64,000 nt of DNA, taken from the sequence record PZ179883.1; one strand, 5' to 3'. Every line of letters starts with the position of its first letter. The stretch's first letter is position 1. Made by a program: the position numbers and the translations under genes. Positions 37,021 to 45,304 of this stretch are shown here, in pieces. The DNA is from a phage. The notes beneath the pieces are model-generated. The model was not told the DNA's origin and searched no databases. It worked only from the letters and a program-made list of their open reading frames with translations.

Positions 37021-37046
37021 AAAAAGCCCTATCATTTAGATAGGGA
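37021..37046 (-). terminator. intrinsic terminator after internal-protein-like gene 37054-37617
   Basis: CCCUAUC-UAAAU-GAUAGGG followed by CUUUUUGG. Confidence 0.55.
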
Positions 37047-37053
37047 TTTAAAA

Positions 37054-37617
37054 TTATTTACCTAGTTTACTTATTATAGCTTCTGCAGCAGCTTTTAGCT
37101 TAGATGCAGTGTTAATACGATTTTTAATTTCAGTATACGCATCGCCAAGAACATCAAGGCTATCAGAATAAACACTTACACTATTGCGTTCGCTATTTGA
37201 AATAGAACCTTTAGTTTTGCGGTCAAAATCGGTGTACACGTCTTGAAGATCGCGGGCTGCCTTCTTTGCATCATCCAATGCATCAAGAGCTTTATTCAAA
37301 GCATTAACGTATTTTTTAGTGTCGAACATATTCTTAGAAATTTTAACAGGTGCGCGTTCAGGAGTAGCTAACACAGATTTAGGAACCTGAGCGCCAGATG
37401 CCAATTTCTTAGAAATTTTGAAAAATGCTTTATTGAATTTATTTTCTTGACTCATTGTAAAAGAACTATTATCGATGTTGTACATTTCAATAGCTTTAGC
37501 TTTCCACTTAAGAAAATCGCCGCGGTCTTTTGGGTCCAATTGGAAGAATACTTTAGTAAGATCTGCTTCAGATGGTAATTTTGCTGCTTCGGTTAAAAAT
37601 TCGGCATAGGTTTTCAT
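37054..37617 (-). CDS. internal-protein-like gene with capsid targeting sequence (187 aa)
   Basis: N-terminus MKTYAEFLTE; Ala/Lys-rich body; terminator hairpin after stop. Confidence 0.6.
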   Translation of the reverse strand: MKTYAEFLTEAAKLPSEADLTKVFFQLDPKDRGDFLKWKAKAIEMYNIDNSSFTMSQENKFNKAFFKISKKLASGAQVPKSVLATPERAPVKISKNMFDTKKYVNALNKALDALDDAKKAARDLQDVYTDFDRKTKGSISNSERNSVSVYSDSLDVLGDAYTEIKNRINTASKLKAAAEAIISKLGK

Positions 37618-37706
37618 TTAAAATCCTTGAAATAATTTATCGGTTGGTTATTAATTATTTATTACTTTGTTACTATCCGTAACAGCGTTATCCGAGTGAT
37701 TCAAAC

Positions 37707-37735
37707 TAAAAAGCCCCAACCTTTCGGTCGGGGCT
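37707..37735 (-). terminator. intrinsic terminator, copy 1 of a 31-nt identical element
   Basis: Minus-strand GCCCCGACC-GAAA-GGUUGGGGC followed by UUUUUAG; identical to 38262-38291. Confidence 0.7.
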
Positions 37736-37742
37736 AAGAATG

Positions 37743-38216
37743 TCATTTGATTTGTTTAGCAGACCAAATGCGGTCTTTAATAATTTTTTGGATGTCTTCA
37801 ACATACTCAAGAGAGTGAACATGTGGATTATCTTTGAAACTATAAGCACGGGCTAACTTTTGGCCTTCGGTTTTGATTACTAAAAGCTCTTTAAGGATAG
37901 CTTCATATTTAGCGATAATTCCTTTAACGATATTTTTTTCTTGTGCCGCTTTAGGATCTGCTTTAGGAGCAGGTTTACCCGAAGCCTTTGCAAAAGCAGC
38001 GCCAGTAGCAACTAAACTTTTCCAGGCCATACTAACTGCATTTCCCGTAAATCCTTCCGCTTTCATGTCGCGTGCAAACTGGAATCGCGATTCATCAGAA
38101 GCATCTTTATAGGAATATTTACCCGCGGCAATGGCAGCTTTTGCAACAGCTTGAATTTCGGTGCTAGATGCTTCATTTAACACCGCTTCATTTAAAAATT
38201 GAGTATATGATTTCAT
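37743..38216 (-). CDS. internal-protein-like gene with capsid targeting sequence (157 aa)
   Basis: ATG 38214-38216 with AGGAAA RBS gives MKSYTQFLNEAVLNEAS; track N-terminal extension overlaps the terminator. Confidence 0.6.
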   Translation of the reverse strand: MKSYTQFLNEAVLNEASSTEIQAVAKAAIAAGKYSYKDASDESRFQFARDMKAEGFTGNAVSMAWKSLVATGAAFAKASGKPAPKADPKAAQEKNIVKGIIAKYEAILKELLVIKTEGQKLARAYSFKDNPHVHSLEYVEDIQKIIKDRIWSAKQIK

Positions 38217-38253
38217 CTTATTTCCTGTTTTAATTTGTAGATTTAATATACTA

Positions 38254-38261
38254 ATATTTAT
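38254..38261 (-). promoter_or_regulatory. late promoter box TATAAATA upstream of internal-protein-like gene
   Basis: Minus-strand TATAAATA abutting terminator 38262-38291 and 38 nt upstream of ATG 38216. Confidence 0.5.
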
Positions 38262-38291
38262 ACCAAAAAGCCCCAACCTTTCGGTCGGGGC
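38262..38291 (-). terminator. intrinsic terminator, copy 2 of the 31-nt element
   Basis: Same hairpin plus U tract, at the downstream edge of the tRNA/small RNA region. Confidence 0.7.
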
Positions 38292-38342
38292 TAAGCCTTG
38301 CGGCAACCTTGTCGGGGTTCCACCTGCTAAGGCAAGTGTTTG

Positions 38343-38434
38343 TACGAAACGCCGGGATTCGAACCCGGTTATTAAGTAGTTGACGCTACTCAATATTTTT
38401 AAAAGGCCATATCTCGACCATATCCGAACGTTCC
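38343..38434 (-). ncRNA. tRNA-like small RNA candidate (perfect T-arm, 7 bp acceptor-like helix, non-canonical core)
   Basis: CCGGG-TTCGAAT-CCCGG T-arm at 38351-38367; 38344-38350 pairs with 38428-38434 (one G-U); no canonical anticodon arm; lies between CDS 38600-38950 and a terminator. Confidence 0.35.
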
Positions 38435-38599
38435 GTCAAAAACGCTACTCGGCTTACGGCAAAGATATTTCCTCGAATCGATAATTCGGTGCGCCGTTTC
38501 TGCTGTGATAGTAAAGAGCCAGAACACAGTAAAACTGTGGGAGGAAACTATACTCCAGGGAACATCAGTCCGACGACTTACCGGTAGCGACCCGGTTTC

Positions 38600-38950
38600 T
38601 TAATATTCTTTTAAAGAATCAATATATTCACGGCGTTTACGCCACAAATCAATTGCTTCATACGCGGATTCAGCATTTCGAATTAGCCGGCATTTATGTA
38701 AAGACTTATGATTTTGATATTGTGTAGATAACGGAATTGTATCTAAAAGGTCTTTACGATCAAAATATTCGTAACCATCTAAACCAAATGAACGATTTTT
38801 GAGAAATTGCCAATGACCATATTCGTTTTCGACATAAACATAATCTGCATGCTGATAAAGCAAATTAATTACACGTTCAGAAATAACAGTATCATTATGA
38901 TTAAAATAGAATGTTAAATCATGAACTACTAAATAAACATTACCTTTCAT
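38600..38950 (-). CDS. hypothetical protein (116 aa) embedded in tRNA/small RNA region
   Basis: ATG 38948-38950 with GAGGAAAA RBS, 17 nt downstream of tRNA-Arg. Confidence 0.55.
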   Translation of the reverse strand: MKGNVYLVVHDLTFYFNHNDTVISERVINLLYQHADYVYVENEYGHWQFLKNRSFGLDGYEYFDRKDLLDTIPLSTQYQNHKSLHKCRLIRNAESAYEAIDLWRKRREYIDSLKEY

Positions 38951-38966
38951 ATTTTCCTCACTTAAT

Positions 38967-39042
38967 TGGTCGAGGCAGTAGGGATCGAACCTACGACCTA
39001 GGACTTAGAAGGTCCTTGCTCTTCCTTCTGAGCTATGCCCCG
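38967..39042 (-). tRNA. tRNA-Arg (anticodon TCT), CCA encoded
   Basis: Manual fold: 7 bp acceptor, T-loop TTCGATC, anticodon loop CTTCTAA. Confidence 0.85.
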
Positions 39043-39046
39043 TAAT

Positions 39047-39128
39047 TGGGGTGACCGATGGGAGTCGAACCCATGACTACGAGAATCACAATCACAATCT
39101 CGAGTTCTACCAACTGAACTACGGCCAC
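39047..39128 (-). tRNA. tRNA-His-like (GTG) with 13-nt anticodon loop; possible pseudo-tRNA
   Basis: Acceptor, D-arm, T-arm and discriminator C resemble tRNA-His; anticodon stem CGAGA/TCTCG encloses TTGTGATTGTGAT. Confidence 0.55.
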
Positions 39129-39242
39129 ATTAATACCTACTCCAACAATCAAGATGTCTTCACACGAAATTAAGAGAAGAGTGATCAGTTCAACCCCTAT
39201 AATCGCGTCAAGTAGATATTAATGTGACAGTTGTCACAAATT

Positions 39243-39317
39243 TGGCGGACGTGATAGGATTCGAACCTATAACCAATCGCTTAACAGGCGATCGCTCTGC
39301 CATTGAGCTACACATCC
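39243..39317 (-). tRNA. tRNA-Asn (anticodon GTT), CCA encoded
   Basis: Manual fold: acceptor GGATGTG/CACGTCC, anticodon loop CTGTTAA, T-loop TTCGAAT. Confidence 0.85.
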
Positions 39318-39321
39318 AAAT

Positions 39322-39408
39322 TGGTGGGGAGTGGTGGAGTCGAACCACCCGAGTCGCAATGACAATGGATTTACAGTCCACACCGCTACCTCTACGGGAT
39401 AACTCCCC
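39322..39408 (-). tRNA. tRNA-Tyr (anticodon GTA), long variable arm, CCA encoded
   Basis: Manual fold: anticodon loop CTGTAAA, T-arm GGTGG-TTCGACT-CCACC. Confidence 0.8.
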
Positions 39409-39417
39409 AAATTAATT

Positions 39418-39492
39418 TGGTGGCCCTGGGTGGAATTGAACCACCATCTGGCGATTATGAGTCGCTTGCTTGAACCTTCCAGCTACAGGGCC
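39418..39492 (-). tRNA. tRNA with CAT anticodon (Ile2-type as in T4, or Met)
   Basis: Manual fold: acceptor GGCCCTG/CAGGGCC, anticodon loop CTCATAA. Confidence 0.75.
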
Positions 39493-39493
39493 T

Positions 39494-39569
39494 TGGTGCT
39501 GATTGACGGAATCGAACCGCCGACCTTCTCATTACAAGTGAGTTGCTCTACCTACTGAGCTAAATCAGC
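39494..39569 (-). tRNA. tRNA-Thr (anticodon TGT), CCA encoded
   Basis: Manual fold: acceptor GCTGATT/AATCAGC, anticodon loop CTTGTAA. Confidence 0.85.
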
Positions 39570-39574
39570 AAAAC

Positions 39575-39664
39575 TGGCGGAGGCGATAGGATTTGAACCT
39601 ATGAGTCGCCGGAGCGACTGCCGGTTTTCAAGACCGGTGCATTAAACCACTCTGCCACGCCTCC
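39575..39664 (-). tRNA. tRNA-Ser (anticodon TGA), long variable arm, CCA encoded
   Basis: Manual fold: anticodon arm CCGGT-CTTGAAA-ACCGG, T-loop TTCAAAT. Confidence 0.85.
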
Positions 39665-39666
39665 AG

Positions 39667-39740
39667 TCTCCGTGGCAGGATTTGAACCTACGACATTCTG
39701 CTCCCAAAGCAGACGCTCTACCAAACTGAGCTACACGGAG
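39667..39740 (-). tRNA. tRNA-Pro (anticodon TGG), CCA not encoded
   Basis: Manual fold: acceptor CTCCGTG/CACGGAG, anticodon loop TTTGGGA. Confidence 0.85.
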
Positions 39741-39750
39741 TAAATTAAAT

Positions 39751-39824
<74 letters not shown>

Positions 39825-39829
39825 AAATT

Positions 39830-39916
39830 TGGTGCGAGAAGTGGGACTCGAACCCACAAGGAAATCATTCCGCAGCATTTTAAGTGCTGTGCCTTTACCA
39901 ATTTGACCATTCTCGC
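39830..39916 (-). tRNA. tRNA-Leu (anticodon TAA), long variable arm, CCA encoded
   Basis: Manual fold: acceptor GCGAGAA/TTCTCGC, anticodon loop CTTAAAA. Confidence 0.85.
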
Positions 39917-39922
39917 TCTATA

Positions 39923-40531
39923 TTATTTATTACGTGAAAAAGATTGTTCTATCAATTCTGGACACTTTCGTTCTATCCATTTTCTAGCTTTTTGTGGGCT
40001 TATACCTATTATTTTAGCAGCTTTACTAACCCATCCAAATTTAGAATAATCGATTTTAACTAATTCTTCGTAAATTTCATCAGTTAAAATCTTTTCATTA
40101 ATATTTACCAGTAAATGATATAATTTATTATCATTAGCAATTTTAATGAATCTTTTATAGTTTCCGCCTTTACTTAAACCTAATGAAGTAATTGCAGATG
40201 ATATAGTAGCCGAATTTAATAATGCGTTTAAAATTTCTTCATCACTAACATTATAACGCTTTTTATTATTTTTAATATTTTTACCAGCAAAAGTATCAGT
40301 TTGCGAATGGCAATTTGGACATAATAATCTTAAATTTGATTTAAGATGATTTTTGTTATTTCCATCAATATGGTCTAATTGCAGAACAATATGCTTATTT
40401 TGCCATTTTGAAATTTTACAAATTGCACACTCATATGGAAAAATATTTTCTTTTATTATTTTGTCTTTCAGCTTTCCTGTACTAAAATTTGGATGTTTTC
40501 CTTCAAAAATTTCAGCTAATTTAGTATCCAT
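39923..40531 (-). CDS. HNH homing endonuclease-like protein
   Basis: HNH motif LQLDHIDGNNKNH...LLCPNCHSQTD; 202 aa from ATG 40529-40531 (track start 40555 is TTG); stop abuts tRNA-Leu. Confidence 0.7.
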   Translation of the reverse strand: MDTKLAEIFEGKHPNFSTGKLKDKIIKENIFPYECAICKISKWQNKHIVLQLDHIDGNNKNHLKSNLRLLCPNCHSQTDTFAGKNIKNNKKRYNVSDEEILNALLNSATISSAITSLGLSKGGNYKRFIKIANDNKLYHLLVNINEKILTDEIYEELVKIDYSKFGWVSKAAKIIGISPQKARKWIERKCPELIEQSFSRNK

Positions 40532-40641
40532 AATATAATTCCCAATTATTAACAAAGGCTCTCTAACAAGAACCCTTGATGATAGAGGGTATTAATCAGT
40601 GCGATATGAGTTAATAATAACAAATAATTCTTAAAGCATAT

Positions 40642-40929
40642 TTACCATTTATAATAATACATATTTACGATGCATTCAAGACCCAAAGGATTCTTGAAAA
40701 TATCATATTCAAGAGGACCTTTTTCTGTTTCAATAAAGAAATCAAAATTTACTGTATTAAATTTACGTTCTTCCTTCACTAATTTAACTTGAGAAGATGA
40801 ACGGTCAATGTAAACCTTTTCAACTTCAAAACATGTTAAAATGCCATAATCATCAATCAAAGCTTTAGCCGCGTCTTGATCATATTTATATCCATTTTCA
40901 ATGGATGATACTTTCGCATAAAGAATCAT
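40642..40929 (-). CDS. hypothetical protein (95 aa)
   Basis: Track ORF. Confidence 0.45.
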   Translation of the reverse strand: MILYAKVSSIENGYKYDQDAAKALIDDYGILTCFEVEKVYIDRSSSQVKLVKEERKFNTVNFDFFIETEKGPLEYDIFKNPLGLECIVNMYYYKW

Positions 40930-40931
40930 TA

Positions 40932-41330
40932 TCAGCCTTCATCAACAATAGTGTGAGTATTAGCATTTACGATTTGCCACCAATCAAAGCGATTAGAATC
41001 CATCGGTTTGTTTTCATTTTCTTTGATAATGTCACGGAGTTCATCTTCAGAGAATGCTTTAGCAATTAAATCGGTATACCCACCACGGGGATAATAATTA
41101 TCACCTGCAAACAAAAGGAAATTTACCTTCCCGGAAGCAACATATGCTTCCTTAGGATACTTGTTTCCTGCGTGGTCAACCACTTCAATATAACGGTAAG
41201 GAATATCGGTTCTTTCAACCCATTGCCATGCCGCCGCAGGGGAATCGAAAGCATCTACACCTAAACGATTATCTTCATCTTTAGACGGATTATTTTCGTA
41301 ATCCGCATATACATAATATTCAACGTTCAT
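40932..41330 (-). CDS. hypothetical protein (132 aa)
   Basis: Track ORF. Confidence 0.45.
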   Translation of the reverse strand: MNVEYYVYADYENNPSKDEDNRLGVDAFDSPAAAWQWVERTDIPYRYIEVVDHAGNKYPKEAYVASGKVNFLLFAGDNYYPRGGYTDLIAKAFSEDELRDIIKENENKPMDSNRFDWWQIVNANTHTIVDEG

Positions 41331-41515
41331 TATTCACCTTTAGAAATTTTATCCATAACAATAGCAATTAAACCAATTAAAAATGCTACTACAAGTGAAA
41401 ACACATTTTCTGCTGTAGTCAATAATCCACATATAAATCCAACAAACATTGAAAAACTAAAAGCGGAAGCAGAAATTGCAATAGCAACATTTCGAATTAA
41501 TTCACAACGTTTCAT
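41330..41515 (-). CDS. small membrane protein (61 aa)
   Basis: Two hydrophobic segments; downstream of early promoter. Confidence 0.45.
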   Translation of the reverse strand: MKRCELIRNVAIAISASAFSFSMFVGFICGLLTTAENVFSLVVAFLIGLIAIVMDKISKGE

Positions 41516-41543
41516 TTTATTCTCCTCAGTAGTAGATAGGGTA

Positions 41544-41573
41544 ATAGTATCACTACCCTATCTAAAAGTAAAC
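41544..41573 (-). promoter_or_regulatory. early promoter with perfect 9 bp inverted repeat around -10
   Basis: GTTTAC 41568-41573, TACTAT 41544-41549; GATAGGGTA (41534-41542) / TACCCTATC (41553-41561). Confidence 0.55.
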
Positions 41574-41807
41574 TTATTTTTTACGAAAAATTGATTTATT
41601 TTCTGCTGCCCATTTTTCAATAACTGCAGCAGGACCAGTAACAACAATTTTATCACCGTAATCTTCTGCGGCGAGTTGACCGAAATTATCTAATGCATCA
41701 CGAAGAACTCCATGAGGCATTTCACCCATTTTATCTTTCTTGCCAGTGTAAATAAACTCAACTTTTACATCAGCAGTTTCAGCAATAAATTCTTGGTAAG
41801 TTTTCAT
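41574..41807 (-). CDS. ipI: internal protein I-like (capsid targeting sequence MKTYQEFIAE)
   Basis: ATG 41805-41807 gives the canonical IPI targeting sequence; alternative ATG at 41819 adds MEIK. Confidence 0.6.
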   Translation of the reverse strand: MKTYQEFIAETADVKVEFIYTGKKDKMGEMPHGVLRDALDNFGQLAAEDYGDKIVVTGPAAVIEKWAAENKSIFRKK

Positions 41808-41841
41808 TTTGATTTCCATTTGGTTTTGTTTTGATAGGGTA

Positions 41842-41871
41842 ATAGTATCACAACTAAAACCCTATGTAAAC
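41842..41871 (-). promoter_or_regulatory. early promoter upstream of ipI
   Basis: GTTTAC 41866-41871, TACTAT 41842-41847; ATAGGGT...ACCCTAT inverted repeat; TTCACAAAGTT upstream element. Confidence 0.55.
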
Positions 41872-41883
41872 AACTTTGTGAAA

Positions 41884-42568
<685 letters not shown>

Positions 42569-42569
<1 letters not shown>

Positions 42570-43294
42570 TATAGTACCTTTAGTGTATTTTTAATTTTAG
42601 AAAAAAGTTCTTCAAGAGAACCATCGTTTGTAATTACTAAATCGCCATCACGAATTGGCAATCCAGCTTCTGTAATATGTGTATCATTGGATTTTTGACC
42701 AGGACGAACTACATGAATTACTGTAGCACCCATCGCCCTAGCCGCATCCATTTCATGATCTTGACGGGTATCAGGAACGATATAATAATCATAACCTGAG
42801 TTAAATTTATCAAGATAATCTAAAGCAAATAATTTTACCCAATACATGCGGTCGAAGTTATTAACAATCAAATCCGTACCTAGGGCTTGCATCAGACGAC
42901 GGACTGACCATTGATCTTCAATATTATTTATAACGTCAATAATCTTGTTACATGCTACGGAATCAACTGATTCTTGTCCTTCGTCCTCAAAAACAAACAC
43001 ATCTTTAATTGGGCTTTTACCATTAAGATAGCAAAATGCTTGTTCCATAATCGTGATTACTTCTAATTTAGTCAGATTTAAATTAGTCTCACGATCATAG
43101 TCAATTCCTTCAAACTCTTTACGAGTTAAGCAAGGATAGTCGGTGTTTGCTGCAAATACACCCCATGCATAAGCCAATGCATCCTTAATAGGACCAGCAA
43201 GTTGATATTTAACTGCAGAATAATTATTCATGATAAAATCTGCAGTAGTATCTTTTCCACTACGCTTTACACCACTTAAAAAGATTAGTTTCAT
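42569..43294 (-). CDS. 1: deoxynucleoside monophosphate kinase gp1
   Basis: 241 aa; P-loop LSGVKRSGKDT; matches recalled T4 gp1 N-terminus. Confidence 0.85.
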
Positions 43295-43343
43295 ATGTTT
43301 CTCCTCAAATTTAGTTAAGATTATAACACATGAAACTGAAGCA

Positions 43344-43874
43344 TTAAACTTCTGCTATAATTTTGCCATCTTTTTCTACTTGAAAATACGTATAAGGAAT
43401 CGTTGCTGTACATACTAAAGCTGGGTCTGAATCTTCCGTGTAGCTAAATTCTACTTCAGACAGGTCAGAAACCCAAGGCTTATAAAAATTTATTGACATC
43501 ACGATTTCAGTTTTACTATTATCTAAAATGTAAAGCGTAATGTACTCAGGACCTGTTTTTTGGGCAGTATTTTCGCCTGTAAGATAGTTACTAGTTCCTA
43601 GCATCCATTCATACATTCCTATCCACGACTTAAGCTCTTCATCAACTATAAATCTCACGATGAGTGGATCGTACTCAAATGTAACACCTGGACGTTGTGC
43701 TCGGCCTAGTCCAAACGGCCCAGTCACGGTATCAGTAACAGGTATTCTAATTCCTGGAATAGGAACTGACTGAGCATTTAAAGTAAAAGCAGATGTAGTA
43801 TTACTATGTGGTATTGATACTACAAAGTTAGTTGTATTTGCTTGGTTAAAAATTTGTTGCAGAGCTTGCGACAT
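43344..43874 (-). CDS. 3: tail completion/sheath stabiliser gp3
   Basis: 176 aa from ATG 43872-43874 with GAGGAA RBS (track start is TTG); synteny 1-3-2-4. Confidence 0.65.
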   Translation of the reverse strand: MSQALQQIFNQANTTNFVVSIPHSNTTSAFTLNAQSVPIPGIRIPVTDTVTGPFGLGRAQRPGVTFEYDPLIVRFIVDEELKSWIGMYEWMLGTSNYLTGENTAQKTGPEYITLYILDNSKTEIVMSINFYKPWVSDLSEVEFSYTEDSDPALVCTATIPYTYFQVEKDGKIIAEV

Positions 43875-43980
43875 ATATTCCTCATAATGCTTTATAACTG
43901 TTGGTGGTATAATGGGTCTAAGTCCCTTCCATTCAATTCCATTTAGAACAAACAACAGAAAAGAATGGAAGATAATAGAA

Positions 43981-44805
43981 TTAAATATTTGACCAGACTT
44001 TGTTTGCAGAGAAACGTTTTCCTTTTGAAACGAACTGCTGAAGTGGCATCAATACAACGTTCGCCCAGTCTTTCGGGGCGATTTCAACAAGGCTACCCAT
44101 AATATTACCAGGTATATATGCCTTAATCATTTGGTCTGCACCCCTAAATCCTTTCACTTGACTCCAATCAATTTTTAATTTCGTTTTATTAGTAATAGTA
44201 GGTGTATTTGAATATTGCTTTAAAAGCTCTTCTAGAAACTGTTGACGAGCTTTAGGTGGAATATAGTGCAAGTTCAATCCGTACATTAAATTATGCTTAC
44301 CTAAACCAAGGTAAATTATCAAAGGAAATTTATCCCAGTAAGGAAGAGTTTCCTTGTGTTTAGCATCATAAGCAAAAGCATATATTCGTCCCGGCTGCGG
44401 GCGAACAACCTTATGTCCTTTTACTTGCTTAATAGTTTCAGCAAACCACTTTCTGGTTTTATTATTAATTGCTGCGCCTTCATTACGAATTTTATCGCGC
44501 AATGTTTGTCTGAATGAATTTATCATAAGCAGTTGTCTTTCTTGCTTATTGAGTTTATTCATTGGTTTTGATTCAAGCTTTTGAATCTTTTCAGCCGTTT
44601 TAATTCCTGAAGCATATTTTGACATTGCTGAAGTAAACGTAGAGTATTTGATTCCTCTTTCTTCAGCAAATTGCTTTCCTGTCATTCCTTTTGCTTTGGC
44701 CTTTTTGTATTCAAGACCTATCTGAATCCATTTCTTTTCGTTTAATGATTGCTTAACCTTTGGAACTTGGGGAATGCTTTCATTAATTATTTGAAAAATA
44801 GCCAT
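43981..44805 (-). CDS. 2: DNA end protector gp2
   Basis: 274 aa, size and order as T4 gp2. Confidence 0.65.
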   Translation of the reverse strand: MAIFQIINESIPQVPKVKQSLNEKKWIQIGLEYKKAKAKGMTGKQFAEERGIKYSTFTSAMSKYASGIKTAEKIQKLESKPMNKLNKQERQLLMINSFRQTLRDKIRNEGAAINNKTRKWFAETIKQVKGHKVVRPQPGRIYAFAYDAKHKETLPYWDKFPLIIYLGLGKHNLMYGLNLHYIPPKARQQFLEELLKQYSNTPTITNKTKLKIDWSQVKGFRGADQMIKAYIPGNIMGSLVEIAPKDWANVVLMPLQQFVSKGKRFSANKVWSNI

Positions 44806-45257
44806 TATGCCCCCTTAAAGCCAAGAGCTCGTAATCCATCTTCTGTTAGAATTCTAAATTTTATTCCACGCTTTTCAGCTAAAGATTGTGCTGCTTTCCA
44901 TTTGTCGGTATTAACAGAATATGTATAAATTTCATTCATAAATCTTTTCTTCGCTGCGGTTGTTAGATGTGCTGGTTTAACTGGTGGTTGTGTTTCTTTT
45001 TTAGGTTTTATTTCAATAAAAAATTCTTGTCCAGAAGAATCTTTCATCCAAATATCCATGAAGTATCTACGTTTTTTCCCTTCTGCATTACAAAAATAAG
45101 GAATTACTGCTGTTTCACTACCCCATGCAATAATTTCTGGATTTTTATCTAACCATTCAAAAAAGAATTTTTCCCAATTTGATCTATACGTAATTTTTTT
45201 AGGGTCACCTCTATACTTTGATATATTTTTAGGAACCCATTTTCCAGAATATGCCAT
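44805..45257 (-). CDS. 4: head completion protein gp4
   Basis: 150 aa; ATG 45255-45257 with AAGGAG RBS; late promoter box upstream. Confidence 0.65.
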   Translation of the reverse strand: MAYSGKWVPKNISKYRGDPKKITYRSNWEKFFFEWLDKNPEIIAWGSETAVIPYFCNAEGKKRRYFMDIWMKDSSGQEFFIEIKPKKETQPPVKPAHLTTAAKKRFMNEIYTYSVNTDKWKAAQSLAEKRGIKFRILTEDGLRALGFKGA

Positions 45258-45268
45258 TGGATTCTCCT

Positions 45269-45276
45269 TATAAATA
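45269..45276 (+). promoter_or_regulatory. late promoter box TATAAATA for gene 53
   Basis: Plus-strand TATAAATA 29 nt upstream of gp53 ATG; divergent from the gene 4 box. Confidence 0.6.
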
Positions 45277-45283
45277 GATAATA

Positions 45284-45291
45284 TATTTATA
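45284..45291 (-). promoter_or_regulatory. late promoter box TATAAATA for gene 4
   Basis: Minus-strand TATAAATA 27 nt upstream of gp4 ATG. Confidence 0.6.
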
Positions 45292-45304
45292 AACAGGAGG
45301 GCCC

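Noticed and set aside
39129-39242. Possible additional tRNA in the 114 nt gap between tRNA-Asn and tRNA-His
   Set aside because: No T-loop or acceptor pairing found; it contains only a short palindrome TGTGACAGTTGTCACA, which may be a processing hairpin
40556-40641. Searched upstream of the HNH gene for the missing tRNA-Gln
   Set aside because: No GTTCGAAT-type T-loop or cloverleaf could be folded in this interval
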